NCBI GenBank assembly: GCA_963754615.1
Contig: CAVWGW010000018.1
Span: 7,160 to 71,159, forward strand
Length of the DNA stretch: 64,000 nt
Reading direction: 5' to 3'
From: an uncultured Chloroflexia bacterium
GTDB taxonomy: Bacteria > Chloroflexota > Anaerolineae > Anaerolineales > UBA4823
Part shown: piece by piece, positions 37,992-46,934 of the stretch
Layout of the letters: each line of letters opens with the position of its first letter
Position numbering within the stretch: position 1 is the stretch's first letter
The notes under the pieces: model-generated
Told to the model about the DNA's origin: nothing
Database searches by the model: none
The model's input: only the letters and a program-made list of their open reading frames with translations
Translations under genes and position numbers: made by a program

Positions 37992-38639
37992 TTAATGAAT
38001 ATGTAAAATACCAAAATGGGCTGGGCGATGAAAGTCTGGCACCGGGGTCATGACCGGAGACCAACAGCTGAACTCAGGAGCCTCGTCATGCGGACGTTCG
38101 ATGCGGTAGAAATTCACCCGCCAGGTATTGGGCAGGGTAGAGGCGCTGGTTAGCGATTGCCAGGGAATGGCTACTACTGCCCACCACAGTTGGTGAAGAT
38201 CTTCGCGCCCGGCATCCCATTTAATTCCGGGGCAGTCCCAGGTTATGTCCCCGGTCATTTGATGGGTATTTCGACCGTCTGGATTGTGGATTTGCGCATC
38301 GAAAAGAACACCATTGGGGCTGATTTCAAATTCAAAATAATCGATTGGGTCAACCTCCGTTGGGGCAATGAAAACTTCGACGGCTTCTTCGTTGTAAATT
38401 GGATCATCTCTGCGGGTATAATTCCCCCAGATATCTCGATCCTGGCAGTCAAAGCGGACAAACAGGAACTGGGAAGTTTGGCAGAGACGCACCGTCGTTT
38501 GCTGCCTGGCTTCTTGGCTGCCATCTGCCAGGATGAAAGGTGAAAGCACCGGAAGATCGCTCCAATCCAACTTGTGTAAATCTCCAGATCTGGTCCAGGC
38601 TTCTGACCTGGAAATTAATAACCATTCTTTCATGCCCAA
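37992..38639 (-). CDS. Carbohydrate-binding family 9-like domain protein
   Basis: The pattern FVRFDCQDRDIWGNYTRRDDPIYNEEAVEVFI...YFEFEISPNGVLFD is typical of CBM9/DOMON-like modules. There is no signal peptide. Confidence 0.5.
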   Translation of the reverse strand: MGMKEWLLISRSEAWTRSGDLHKLDWSDLPVLSPFILADGSQEARQQTTVRLCQTSQFLFVRFDCQDRDIWGNYTRRDDPIYNEEAVEVFIAPTEVDPIDYFEFEISPNGVLFDAQIHNPDGRNTHQMTGDITWDCPGIKWDAGREDLHQLWWAVVAIPWQSLTSASTLPNTWRVNFYRIERPHDEAPEFSCWSPVMTPVPDFHRPAHFGILHIH

Positions 38640-38647
38640 ATTCTACT

Positions 38648-39751
38648 ATGAAACTACCTACCATTGAAAAACCTACCCTCCTTCTGGATCCCTCCCGAGT
38701 ACAGATGAATATTCAGCGCATGGCTCAAAAAGCCCGCACGCAGGGGATCCGTTTTCGCCCACATTTTAAAACCCATCAATCCGAACACATTGGTGAGTGG
38801 TTTCGCGAGCAGGGCGTTAGTGCCATTACCGTTTCCTCGGTGGATATGGCCTTATATTTTGCAGCCTGCGGCTGGCAGGATATCACCATCGCTTTTCCGG
38901 TTAACTGGAGACAGGTAGAAAAGCTTTGGTCTCTGGCGCAGTCGATCCAGCTGGGTTTATTAGTCGAATCCCATGAATCAGTGGAGTGGCTGGAAAAAAA
39001 CTTAGGTGTTCCGGCCAATGTCTGGATTGAAGTGGATGAAGGCTCTGGTCGTTCTGGTATTCCCTGGGATGATACAAATACTTTACGCTATCTTGTTGAA
39101 CGAATTGGCATGTCTTCCCCTCACCAGTTTAAAGGTTTACTGACCCATGCGGGCAGGATTTATGGCTCCAGCACGGTCGCTGAGATCGAGAACGTATATA
39201 CTCAGACGGTCCAACGCCTGAACTTGGCCCGCAATTTCTTATTAACCAATTCGGTTGAGAGGTGTGAAGTGTCGATTGGGGATACGCCAGGCTGCAGTCT
39301 GGTCTCAGACCTGGGCAAAGTGGATGAGATCAGGCCGGGCAACTTCGTTTTCTATGATGCCCAACAGCTCCGCCTGGGGTCCTGCCAGCCAGAAGATATC
39401 GGAGTTGTCCTGGCTTGTCCCGTGGTTGCGAAGTATCCTACCAGAGGCGAGGTCGTTATTTATGGTGGAGCTATTCACCTCTCAAAAGATACGGTGATCG
39501 ATCAGGGAAACCCCGTTTACGGTCTGGTGGCTTCGCTTGGAGAGAAGGGTTGGGGAGCACCGGTGCTGGGCGGATACGTGGCACGCTTATCTCAGGAGCA
39601 CGGAGTTGTTCACCTGCCCGAGCCTTTTATGAGCCAGGTATCGGTAGGGGATCTCCTATTTATTATCCCGGCGCATTCCTGTCTGTCCGTCAGTGCGCTG
39701 AGCGAATACCATACGCTAGATGGGGAAATTATCCCGGCTTATCGTGGTTAG
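38648..39751 (+). CDS. D-TA family PLP-dependent enzyme (D-threonine aldolase / D-serine dehydratase-like, alanine racemase N-terminal fold)
   Basis: MKLPTIEKPTLLLDPSRVQMNIQRMAQKA...FRPHFKTHQS carries the PLP lysine in HFKTH. I chose ATG 38648 so that the gene does not overlap the divergent neighbour; the ORF track start is 38540. Confidence 0.75.
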   Translation: MKLPTIEKPTLLLDPSRVQMNIQRMAQKARTQGIRFRPHFKTHQSEHIGEWFREQGVSAITVSSVDMALYFAACGWQDITIAFPVNWRQVEKLWSLAQSIQLGLLVESHESVEWLEKNLGVPANVWIEVDEGSGRSGIPWDDTNTLRYLVERIGMSSPHQFKGLLTHAGRIYGSSTVAEIENVYTQTVQRLNLARNFLLTNSVERCEVSIGDTPGCSLVSDLGKVDEIRPGNFVFYDAQQLRLGSCQPEDIGVVLACPVVAKYPTRGEVVIYGGAIHLSKDTVIDQGNPVYGLVASLGEKGWGAPVLGGYVARLSQEHGVVHLPEPFMSQVSVGDLLFIIPAHSCLSVSALSEYHTLDGEIIPAYRG

Positions 39752-40979
39752 CTAGCCGGTATAGATATTCTCCGGCACGGCGCACCACCAGCAGGTCTGG
39801 ATCATTCTTTGCTTCCCATTCAGAGGGGGTAATCTGCTTTGGGTCGCGGTATCCAAGGTTGATCGACCGGCAGAGATCCTCAGGGAGGCTTGTCGCCAGG
39901 GTAACCTCGATGCGTGGGCGTTCGATGCCTGTATTTACATCGTATTCCCCGATACCGCGTAGCTGAGTGGAATGCCCCAGCACGCCCCATGGCAGGTGCT
40001 TGAACTGCTCCCACTGGGTGATGAAATAATCGAGCACATGGTAGCCGATCTGCCGGATTACTTTCCCATGCGTCTGGCTGATTTCATGAATATGAGGTGC
40101 ATAGAGGATCAGCTCACCTCCATCCGCAACCACCGGCTCCAGCTTATACATGCCCTTGCCTCCCACCCAAACTTCCTGGTACATCTCTGGCAAAACGGAT
40201 AGCACCTGGCGGTAAGGTTTTTTCACCCAGCGAATGTGCACTTGAGCGGAAAGGTCTGCTGCATGTGTAAAAGCTTCTTCTGGCGTACCGAAAAAGCATC
40301 CGGCAATCCCTTCGTGCATGACAACGCAGCAAAAGGCATGCCGAGGCGTGGGGATCAGTGTTGCAGCGCGGTCAATCACTTTGCGCACTGGCGTGTCGCG
40401 TGTGCCGATAATCGTATGGCAGGTGATCAAGGCGCCTAACCAATGGGTAAAGTCGATGATCTCGGATCCGGCAATTCCTGGGAAGAAATATTTATTTCCT
40501 CCAGAAAAACCGACCACCTCGTGCGGAAAAACCGGTCCACAAATGAGCAGGTGATCGTAATCCAGGACCAAGCGGTTCAGCCGCACTTCCACATCCATGG
40601 TTAAGCGAGCCTCAGTGAGATCTGCCATCTCCCTGGCTGAGATGGTACCCAGGGTCGTGAGCGCTCCAGGATCCTTCCAGGCATGGTTGAAGATCTGAAC
40701 ATCCCGATACTTCCCCGCGCGTTCCTCCGCTGAGATCCCGAAGTGTTTCAGTATGGTTGGCTCGTCGAGTGGTGGGTGGGTGCCGAGAGCGACCAGGAAA
40801 TCAAGCCTCTGCACAGAACCTTTGAGGTGCCGGGTCAGCAGTTTAAAGAACAGCGGTACAGGCATTGTACGTGTCGGATCGGGTACGATCACCAGAACCC
40901 TTTTGCCTTTTAGTGTAAGAGCGTCCAGCCCTTCTACGACGATTTTTTCCAGATCAGTTTCGCTTAGCAAATTCGTCAT
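39729..40979 (-). CDS. LarA-like (nickel-pincer cofactor-dependent) 2-hydroxyacid racemase/epimerase family protein
   Basis: The DUF2088-type N-terminus is RVLVIVPDPTRTMP...LVALGTHPP. I chose the start at MTNLL (GGGAGA 8 nt upstream); the ORF track start is 41048. Confidence 0.7.
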   Translation of the reverse strand: MTNLLSETDLEKIVVEGLDALTLKGKRVLVIVPDPTRTMPVPLFFKLLTRHLKGSVQRLDFLVALGTHPPLDEPTILKHFGISAEERAGKYRDVQIFNHAWKDPGALTTLGTISAREMADLTEARLTMDVEVRLNRLVLDYDHLLICGPVFPHEVVGFSGGNKYFFPGIAGSEIIDFTHWLGALITCHTIIGTRDTPVRKVIDRAATLIPTPRHAFCCVVMHEGIAGCFFGTPEEAFTHAADLSAQVHIRWVKKPYRQVLSVLPEMYQEVWVGGKGMYKLEPVVADGGELILYAPHIHEISQTHGKVIRQIGYHVLDYFITQWEQFKHLPWGVLGHSTQLRGIGEYDVNTGIERPRIEVTLATSLPEDLCRSINLGYRDPKQITPSEWEAKNDPDLLVVRRAGEYLYRLANHDKPG

Positions 40980-41147
40980 TGGAATGTCTCCCGAATGCGG
41001 TCTTTTATATCTTGGCTTCAGAGCTAAGTATACTCGATTGTTGCTCACAAGCTTCTCCGGGCAGGGTTATAATTATTTCGTTGTCTTTCGTATCTTTCCG
41101 AAAATTGTCGGCTCTTTTAAGTCATGGCATATATCAGGAGGATGAAG

Positions 41148-42182
41148 ATGGTGCAGCTCTTTGGCAAGTATTTATCACCCCAAGACTTACTCCGCCGCCT
41201 TGGTGACATGAACCAGGTGGCAGGGGTGCAACCGCTTGAGCTTGTGGATGGCAATGAACGCGGAGTGCGTGCGGTGAGCCTCTACAATGCCGCCGGCTTG
41301 GAGTTGATGGTGGTACCCGACCGCGGTATGGCAGTCACTCGCTTATCTTACCGAGGTGTACCGCTGCCGCTCCTCAGCCCGGTGGGAACAGCGCACCCGG
41401 CCTATGCCGAGCCGCGCGGGTTAGGCTGGCTGCGGACCTGGCCAGCGGGTTTCCTGACCCCCTGCGGTCTGACGCAAGTTGGCTCTCCCTGCCTGGATGG
41501 TAACGAAGAGCTGGGGCAGCATGGACGCGTGGCTCAGATACCGGCGCACCAGGTTTCTTGGGGGGCGGAGTGGCAAGGAGATCAGTATGTGCTGTGGGTG
41601 GAAGGCAAGGTACGCGAGACCGCGGTGTTCGCTGAGAACTTGCTCTTATACCGCCGTATCTGGACGACGTTGGACAGTGCCACTTTTTGGATCGAGGATC
41701 GCCTCGAAAACCAGGGATTTTCTCCTGCCCCGCATATGTTTCTGCAGCACATCAACCTGGGCTACCCACTTGTCGATGAGACAGCCCAACTGGTGTTGCC
41801 CGCCCATACCACCCAACCCAGGGATGAAGCTGCTCAGCTTGGCCTGGAAAGCTGCTGCGAGTTTTCAGCCCCGGTTCCTGGCTATCTGGAGCAAGTTTTT
41901 TACCATGATCTGCAGCCCGATGTAAGTGGGCAGGTGGAGGTCCGATTTGAGAACCCCGCATTTGAGCATGGTCGCGGCCTGGGCGTTGCTCTGCGGTATG
42001 CGAAAGCAGACTACCCGATTTTTATCGAGTGGAAGATGATGGGCGAAGGCCTGTATGTTGTCGGTTTGGAGCCTGCCAACTGCCATGTTGGCGGGCGCTG
42101 CCAGGAGCGAGAGAAAGGCACACTGCCAATGCTTGCTCCGCAGGAGAAAAGGATTTACAAGTTAGAAGTCGAAGTTTTTTAG
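41148..42182 (+). CDS. Aldose 1-epimerase-like protein (DUF4432 type)
   Basis: Paralogue of 9629-10699 (LELVDGNERGVRAVSLYNAAGLELMVVPDRGM..., QHGRV, FLQHINLGYP). AGGAGG lies 6 nt before ATG 41148; earlier in-frame ATGs are at 41124 and 41142. Confidence 0.6.
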   Translation: MVQLFGKYLSPQDLLRRLGDMNQVAGVQPLELVDGNERGVRAVSLYNAAGLELMVVPDRGMAVTRLSYRGVPLPLLSPVGTAHPAYAEPRGLGWLRTWPAGFLTPCGLTQVGSPCLDGNEELGQHGRVAQIPAHQVSWGAEWQGDQYVLWVEGKVRETAVFAENLLLYRRIWTTLDSATFWIEDRLENQGFSPAPHMFLQHINLGYPLVDETAQLVLPAHTTQPRDEAAQLGLESCCEFSAPVPGYLEQVFYHDLQPDVSGQVEVRFENPAFEHGRGLGVALRYAKADYPIFIEWKMMGEGLYVVGLEPANCHVGGRCQEREKGTLPMLAPQEKRIYKLEVEVF

Positions 42183-42196
42183 AGGAAATAGAATCT

Positions 42197-42898
42197 ATGA
42201 AACGCTCTGAGATCAATCAAATCTTGCGTTCCTCCATTCAATTCATTCATGATCATCACTTTGCCCTGCCCCCGTTTGCATTTTGGACCCCTAAAGAATG
42301 GAAATCGAAGGGTGAAGAAGTACGCGAAATTGTAGATCGCAGGCTGGGTTGGGATATCACCGATTTTGGCAGCGGTGATTTCGAACGGATTGGTCTTTTC
42401 CTGTTCACCATTCGAAATGGCAGCCCCGAAAACCTGAAAACCTTGCTGGGGAAGCTGTATGCAGAAAAGCTGTTGATCATCCAGGTTGGCCAGGTGACGC
42501 CCTTGCATTATCATGCCAATAAAATGGAAGATATCATCAACCGGTCTGGAGGTAGGCTGGGGATTGAGCTTTTTGAGTCTTTGCCGGATGGAGGTTTGGA
42601 CCGTGCTGCAGAGGTGTTGGTCTCACTGGATGGCGTCCAGCACCGCCTGCCGGCAGGCAGCCAGGTTTTTCTAACGCCAGGTGAAAGCATTACCTTAACG
42701 CGGGGCTTGTACCACCGCTTTTGGGCTGAGGATGCCCCCGTGTTGGCAGGCGAGGTCTCTTCGGTCAATGATGATGACGCTGATAATTTCTTTTATGATT
42801 CTCCGGGTCGCTTTCCGGTGATCGAGGAGGATGAGCCACCGCTGTATTTGCTGTGTAATGATTACCCTCTTTATTACCACCCTGAAAAGAGGGTGTGA
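42197..42898 (+). CDS. D-lyxose/D-mannose ketol-isomerase family (cupin)
   Basis: MKRSEINQILRSSIQFIHDHHFALPPFAFWTP...EKLLIIQVGQVTPLHYHANKMEDIINR...VNDDDADNFF matches the YdaE-type lyxose isomerase pattern. The ORF track start at 42029 would overlap the previous gene. Confidence 0.75.
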   Translation: MKRSEINQILRSSIQFIHDHHFALPPFAFWTPKEWKSKGEEVREIVDRRLGWDITDFGSGDFERIGLFLFTIRNGSPENLKTLLGKLYAEKLLIIQVGQVTPLHYHANKMEDIINRSGGRLGIELFESLPDGGLDRAAEVLVSLDGVQHRLPAGSQVFLTPGESITLTRGLYHRFWAEDAPVLAGEVSSVNDDDADNFFYDSPGRFPVIEEDEPPLYLLCNDYPLYYHPEKRV

Positions 42899-44092
42899 TG
42901 GTTAGAAAGTGCGCCGTTGTTGCCGGTCATATCTGCCTGGATATTTTTCCGGGCCTGGAACATCTCTCGCCAAGTGGGTTCGGAAAACTTTTTGAGGCCG
43001 GCCAATTACTGATCGTTGGACCAGCAGCCATCTCAACAGGTGGACCGGTCTCGAATACCGGGCTGGCATTGCATACACTGGGAATCTCCATGCGCCTTAT
43101 GGGAAAAGTAGGCGCGGATATATTCGGACATGTGATCCGAGAAATTATTAAATCATATGCGCCTGACTTGGCGACGGGTATGGTGGTCGACTTACACGTA
43201 AATACTTCTTATACGGTGATCCTGAGTTTTCCAGGAGAAGACCGCACTTTTATACACCATCCTGGCGCTAACGACACCTATGGTGTAGAAGATATTAACT
43301 ACAACTTGGTCGCGCAGGCGGATCTTTTCCACTTCGGGTACCCACCTGTGATGCGCAGGATGTACTCGGAAGGAGGACAGGAGTTAGCAGAAGTCTTTCG
43401 CCGGGCGAAGATGACCAGTTTGACACACAGCCCGCTCACTTCGTTGGATATGACCTTTCCAGACCCTGGTACACCTGGAGGTCAGGCCGACTGGCGCCTG
43501 ATTTTGAAAAGGGCGCTGCCGCATGTGGATATCTTTCTGCCCAGCCTCGAAGAGTTGTTATACATGCTGCACCGGGAGCAGTTCGATGAGCTTGTCAGGT
43601 GCTTTGGAGCAGGGAATCTGACCTGAAGCTGTATCGCCTGGTCTCCTGCACCGGTTGAGCAGCGAGCTGATCGAGATGGGGGTTAAGATCGTGGCGATCA
43701 AGCTGGGCGGGCGCGGGCTTTACCTGCATACCGCTTCCTGTGAGACGATGGATCCGCTGGCAGGCAGCCTGGATATTTCTGCCTGGAGCGGGAAAGAGCT
43801 TTGGGCGCCTTGTTTCCAGGTGCAGGTGGCTGGCACGACCGGCGCAGGGGATGCCACCATAGCCGGTTTCTTGAGCGGGCTGCTGCGCGGCCTCCCCCCA
43901 GACGAAGCAATGACCATGGCAGTGGCAGTTGGGGCATGCAACGTAGAGGCCGTCGATGCCTTAAGCGGGATCTGCTCTTGGGAAGATACAGAAGCGCGGG
44001 TGAAGGCTGGCTGGCAGCGCCATGTGATGTGGCTGGAAGAGCCTGGCTGGGAATGGGACCCGGCAGCCGGATTATGGGTAGGGGAGGGTTGA
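42895..44092 (+). pseudogene. PfkB-family carbohydrate kinase, split by a +1 frame change near 43621
   Basis: Frame +1 runs 42895-43626 (...ELVRCFGAGNLT-stop). Frame +2 is open from 43622 (PEAVSPGLLHRLSSELIEMGVKIVAIKLGGRGLYL...) through the PfkB signature GTTGAGDATIAGF to 44092. Confidence 0.7.
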
Positions 44093-44181
44093 TAAACGAG
44101 AATGGCTCAGATATTGCACTGGAGAGAAGGAGATTTTAGGCCAAACAGGCTGCGTATAGATTATTAACAGAGCAGCCTCCC

Positions 44182-44209
44182 TTGACACTAGAATACCCTG
44201 AATTACAAT
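44182..44209 (+). promoter_or_regulatory. Sigma-70-like promoter candidate
   Basis: TTGACA (44182-44187), a 16-nt spacer and TACAAT (44204-44209), about 30 nt upstream of the small FHA gene. Confidence 0.5.
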
Positions 44210-44237
44210 CTGCGCTGCGATGGGACAGGAAGAGCCG

Positions 44238-44654
44238 ATGAGCGAAGTAAACGAACCAACAAACCCCGATGCTTATCTTCACGTGCAGCGGGGGCCTTTA
44301 GCGGGTATTATCATTCCTATTGACTCGGGGGCGAATATCTTTGGCAGGGCAGAGGGGCACATCCTGCCGGATGAGCATGTGTCCCGGCGGCATGCCACCA
44401 TCAATGCGCTCTCTGGCGAATACATGCTGATTGACCTGGGAAGCTCAAACGGTACGGTCGTGAATGGTCAAAAGATCACTGGACCGGTGATGCTCCAACA
44501 CGGAGATGTGATCCAGTTCGGGGGAACGATCATGGGATTTTATATCCGGGGGATGGAGGGCAGCTTGATGAAGGGAACGGGGGCTGCCACACCGGCAGCA
44601 GCTCCGAACCAGCTTTCAGAAAGCACCCTTACGATTGTGAAGAACCCAAAATAA
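44238..44654 (+). CDS. Stand-alone FHA-domain protein
   Basis: GANIFGRAEGHILPDEHVSRRHATI..IDLGSSNGTVVNGQKI is an FHA core. ATG 44238 follows AGGAAG; an alternative in-frame ATG is at 44220. Confidence 0.8.
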   Translation: MSEVNEPTNPDAYLHVQRGPLAGIIIPIDSGANIFGRAEGHILPDEHVSRRHATINALSGEYMLIDLGSSNGTVVNGQKITGPVMLQHGDVIQFGGTIMGFYIRGMEGSLMKGTGAATPAAAPNQLSESTLTIVKNPK

Positions 44655-44675
44655 AGATAAGCTAAAGAGAGACGC

Positions 44676-46367
44676 TTATGCCTTCTTAGCAGGGTCGATC
44701 TTGGCCCAGGTATCTCTTAGGGGCAAGGTCATGTTGAAGACCAGGCCCGAGGATGATGTATCTGGATCGACGCAGAAGAAGCCTTTACGCTCGAACTGGC
44801 AGGACAATCCTGCCTTGGCGCCTACCAGACTGGGCTCCACCTTGCAAGCAGTCAGCACCTTGAGCGAATTGGGATTGAGATAATCGAAGAAGGTCTTGCC
44901 TTCTTCGGGGCGGTTTGGATTCGGTACACTGAAGAGCCGATCGTATAGGCGCACTTCGGCATTTAGGGCGAGCTGGGCGGAGACCCAGTGGATGGTGCCC
45001 TGCACCTTGCGCCCGTCGGGGGCGTTCGCGCCGCGGGTCTGGGGGTCGAAGGTACAGTGTACCTCCTCGACTTCACCGGTGAGGGGGTTCGTCACGTAGT
45101 CTTCACATTTGATGATATAGCCGTAGCGCAAGCGCACCTCGCGCCCGGGAGCCAGGCGGAAGTACTTGGGCGGTGGGTCGACGCGGAAATCATCTTTCTC
45201 AATATAGATTTCGCGCGTGAGCGGTATCTGGCGAGTTCCCGCCGCAGGATCCTCAGGGTTGTTGATAGCTTCGAGATCCTCGACCTTGCCTTCAGGGAAA
45301 TTGGTGAGCACCACTTTCAGCGGCTCCAGCACGCCCATGACGCGTGGGGCACGCCGATTGAGAACCTCACGCACGTTGAACTCCAGCAGAGCCACATCAA
45401 CCAGGTTCTCTTTTTTCGAGACGCCGGTCATATCGATGAAATTGCGCACGGCTTCGGCTGGATAGCCGCGTCGGCGCATCCCGCATAGGGTGGGCATGCG
45501 CGGGTCATCCCAGCCGCGCACGGTACCCTGATCAACGAGCTGCTTGAGGAAGCGCTTGCTGAGAATGGTATAGGTGACATTCAGGCGAGAAAACTCGATC
45601 TGCCGGCTGCGAAAGATATCCAGCTCGTTCAGAAACCATTCGTAGAGCGGGCGGTGGTCTTCATATGCCAGGTCGCAGAGCGAGTGGGTGACTCCTTCCA
45701 TTGAATCGGACTGACCGTGGGCAAAGTCGTACATGGGGTAGATGCACCACTGGTCGCCGGTGCGGTGGTGAGAGGCGTGGAGGATGCGATACATCACCGG
45801 GTCGCGCAGGTTCATGTTGCCAGAAGCCATGTCGATCTTGGCGCGCAGCACGCAAGCGCCATCGGGGAATTCGCCTTTGCGCATGCGCTCGAAGAGGGCG
45901 AGGTTCTCCTGTACTGTGCGATTTCGATAAGGGCTCTCCTTGCCGGGCTCGGTGAGGGTGCCGCGATACTCCCGGATCTGGTCGGCGCTCAGGTCGTCGA
46001 TATAGGCTTTCCCCTTGCGGATCAGTTTGACGGCAAACTCGTAGAGCTGCTCAAAATAATCGGAGGCATAGAGTTCTTTACCTGCCCATTCATAACCCAG
46101 CCAGTGGATATCTTCTTTAATTGCCTCCACGTATTCCACGTCTTCTTTAACAGGATTTGTGTCATCGAATCGCAGGTTGGTCGTGCCGCCGAAAGCCTGG
46201 GCAGTGCCGAAATCGATGCAGATGGCTTTGGCGTGCCCGATATGCAAATAGCCGTTTGGCTCCGGAGGAAAGCGCGTACGCACGCTCTGGAAGCGCCCAC
46301 TTTGCAGATCTTCTTCGACCGCTTCGCGGATAAAGTTGGTGGGGGTTGAATGGGTTTCGTCTGTCAT
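44676..46367 (-). CDS. glnS: Glutamine--tRNA ligase
   Basis: 563 aa. [17 protein letters not shown] (HIGH), VTYTILSKR (the MSK-type second signature) and a class I Gln/Glu-type catalytic core plus anticodon-binding beta-barrels track E. coli GlnRS. Confidence 0.95.
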   Translation of the reverse strand: MTDETHSTPTNFIREAVEEDLQSGRFQSVRTRFPPEPNGYLHIGHAKAICIDFGTAQAFGGTTNLRFDDTNPVKEDVEYVEAIKEDIHWLGYEWAGKELYASDYFEQLYEFAVKLIRKGKAYIDDLSADQIREYRGTLTEPGKESPYRNRTVQENLALFERMRKGEFPDGACVLRAKIDMASGNMNLRDPVMYRILHASHHRTGDQWCIYPMYDFAHGQSDSMEGVTHSLCDLAYEDHRPLYEWFLNELDIFRSRQIEFSRLNVTYTILSKRFLKQLVDQGTVRGWDDPRMPTLCGMRRRGYPAEAVRNFIDMTGVSKKENLVDVALLEFNVREVLNRRAPRVMGVLEPLKVVLTNFPEGKVEDLEAINNPEDPAAGTRQIPLTREIYIEKDDFRVDPPPKYFRLAPGREVRLRYGYIIKCEDYVTNPLTGEVEEVHCTFDPQTRGANAPDGRKVQGTIHWVSAQLALNAEVRLYDRLFSVPNPNRPEEGKTFFDYLNPNSLKVLTACKVEPSLVGAKAGLSCQFERKGFFCVDPDTSSSGLVFNMTLPLRDTWAKIDPAKKA

Positions 46368-46384
46368 GATCCTATTCCTTATAT

Positions 46385-46415
46385 AGAGAAAACACCCTGG
46401 AAGGTTGGCAGGGTG
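46385..46415 (-). terminator. Intrinsic-terminator-like hairpin between tRNA-Gln and glnS
   Basis: The minus strand reads CACCCTG-ccaaccttc-CAGGGTG followed by TTTTCTCT. The T-tract ends 17 nt before the glnS ATG. Confidence 0.55.
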
Positions 46416-46429
46416 CTTAATCCAGAAGG

Positions 46430-46500
46430 CTGGGGGCAGAGGATTCGAACCTCTATAGGCAGATCCAGAGTCTGCAGTCCTGCCATTGGACGAGCCCCCA
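46430..46500 (-). tRNA. tRNA-Gln (anticodon CUG)
   Basis: Folded by hand from UGGGGGC-UC-GUCC-AAUGGCA-GGAC-U-GCAGA-CUCUGGA-UCUGC-CUAU-AGAGG-UUCGAAU-CCUCU-GCCCCCA-G. All four stems are fully paired. The T-loop is UUCGAAU, U33 is present and the discriminator is G. CCA is not encoded. Confidence 0.9.
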
Positions 46501-46512
46501 ACAGCGGCTGTT

Positions 46513-46541
46513 ATTTTATCATGGAGGTATGGGGGTGTCTA
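46513..46541 (-). promoter_or_regulatory. Sigma-70-like promoter candidate for tRNA-Gln (and possibly glnS)
   Basis: The minus strand reads TAGACA, a 17-nt spacer and TAAAAT. The -10 element ends 12 nt before the mature tRNA 5' end. Confidence 0.45.
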
Positions 46542-46934
46542 TGATAATTGTTAGGGTCTTCATAGAATCAAGGCATTTGGCTCTCAAAACTTGAAATCAT
46601 CCATAATGCCTATCTACTTCGAAAATGATCCCTGCTTGTATGCCTTTCTTCATGGTGACTCTCCTCAGCTTGTGCCATATACGAGGCTTAAGCATAGAAG
46701 TTCGCCTATCATCAATCCTCTCTGCCCTTAAGCACACCCTTATATAATGACAAATGATACGTGACTCACCATCGAAAAAGTGCCATAATAAAACCATAGA
46801 TTCCCCCCTGTGATATAACACTGAAATGGCAGGAACATGTCGTGACAATAAAACCGGATGATCATAAAAAACCCAGTCGCGGTTTTCTAAAAAATTACCG
46901 GAGTAATTCCATCTCAATACATAAGGAGTGCAGT

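Noticed and set aside
38540-38647. N-terminal extensions offered by the ORF track (38540, 42029, 41048, 58409, 31714, 9508, 48421, 24587, 62474)
   Set aside because: These extensions overlap neighbouring genes or lack an RBS. Internal starts with a Shine-Dalgarno sequence at 5-9 nt and family-typical N-termini were preferred. The exact starts remain unverified.
45717-46349. 210-aa plus-strand ORF inside glnS
   Set aside because: It is antisense to an unambiguous glutaminyl-tRNA synthetase gene and is a typical shadow ORF. The same applies to 5442-6077, 19585-20157, 29006-29720, 57100-57609 and 63546-63998 opposite their respective genes.
46368-46500. T-box riboswitch leader upstream of glnS
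   Set aside because: The upstream structured element folds as a complete canonical tRNA-Gln (CUG anticodon, T-loop UUCGAAU, 7-bp acceptor stem), not as a T-box stem I / specifier / antiterminator arrangement. Only 62 nt separate it from the ATG.
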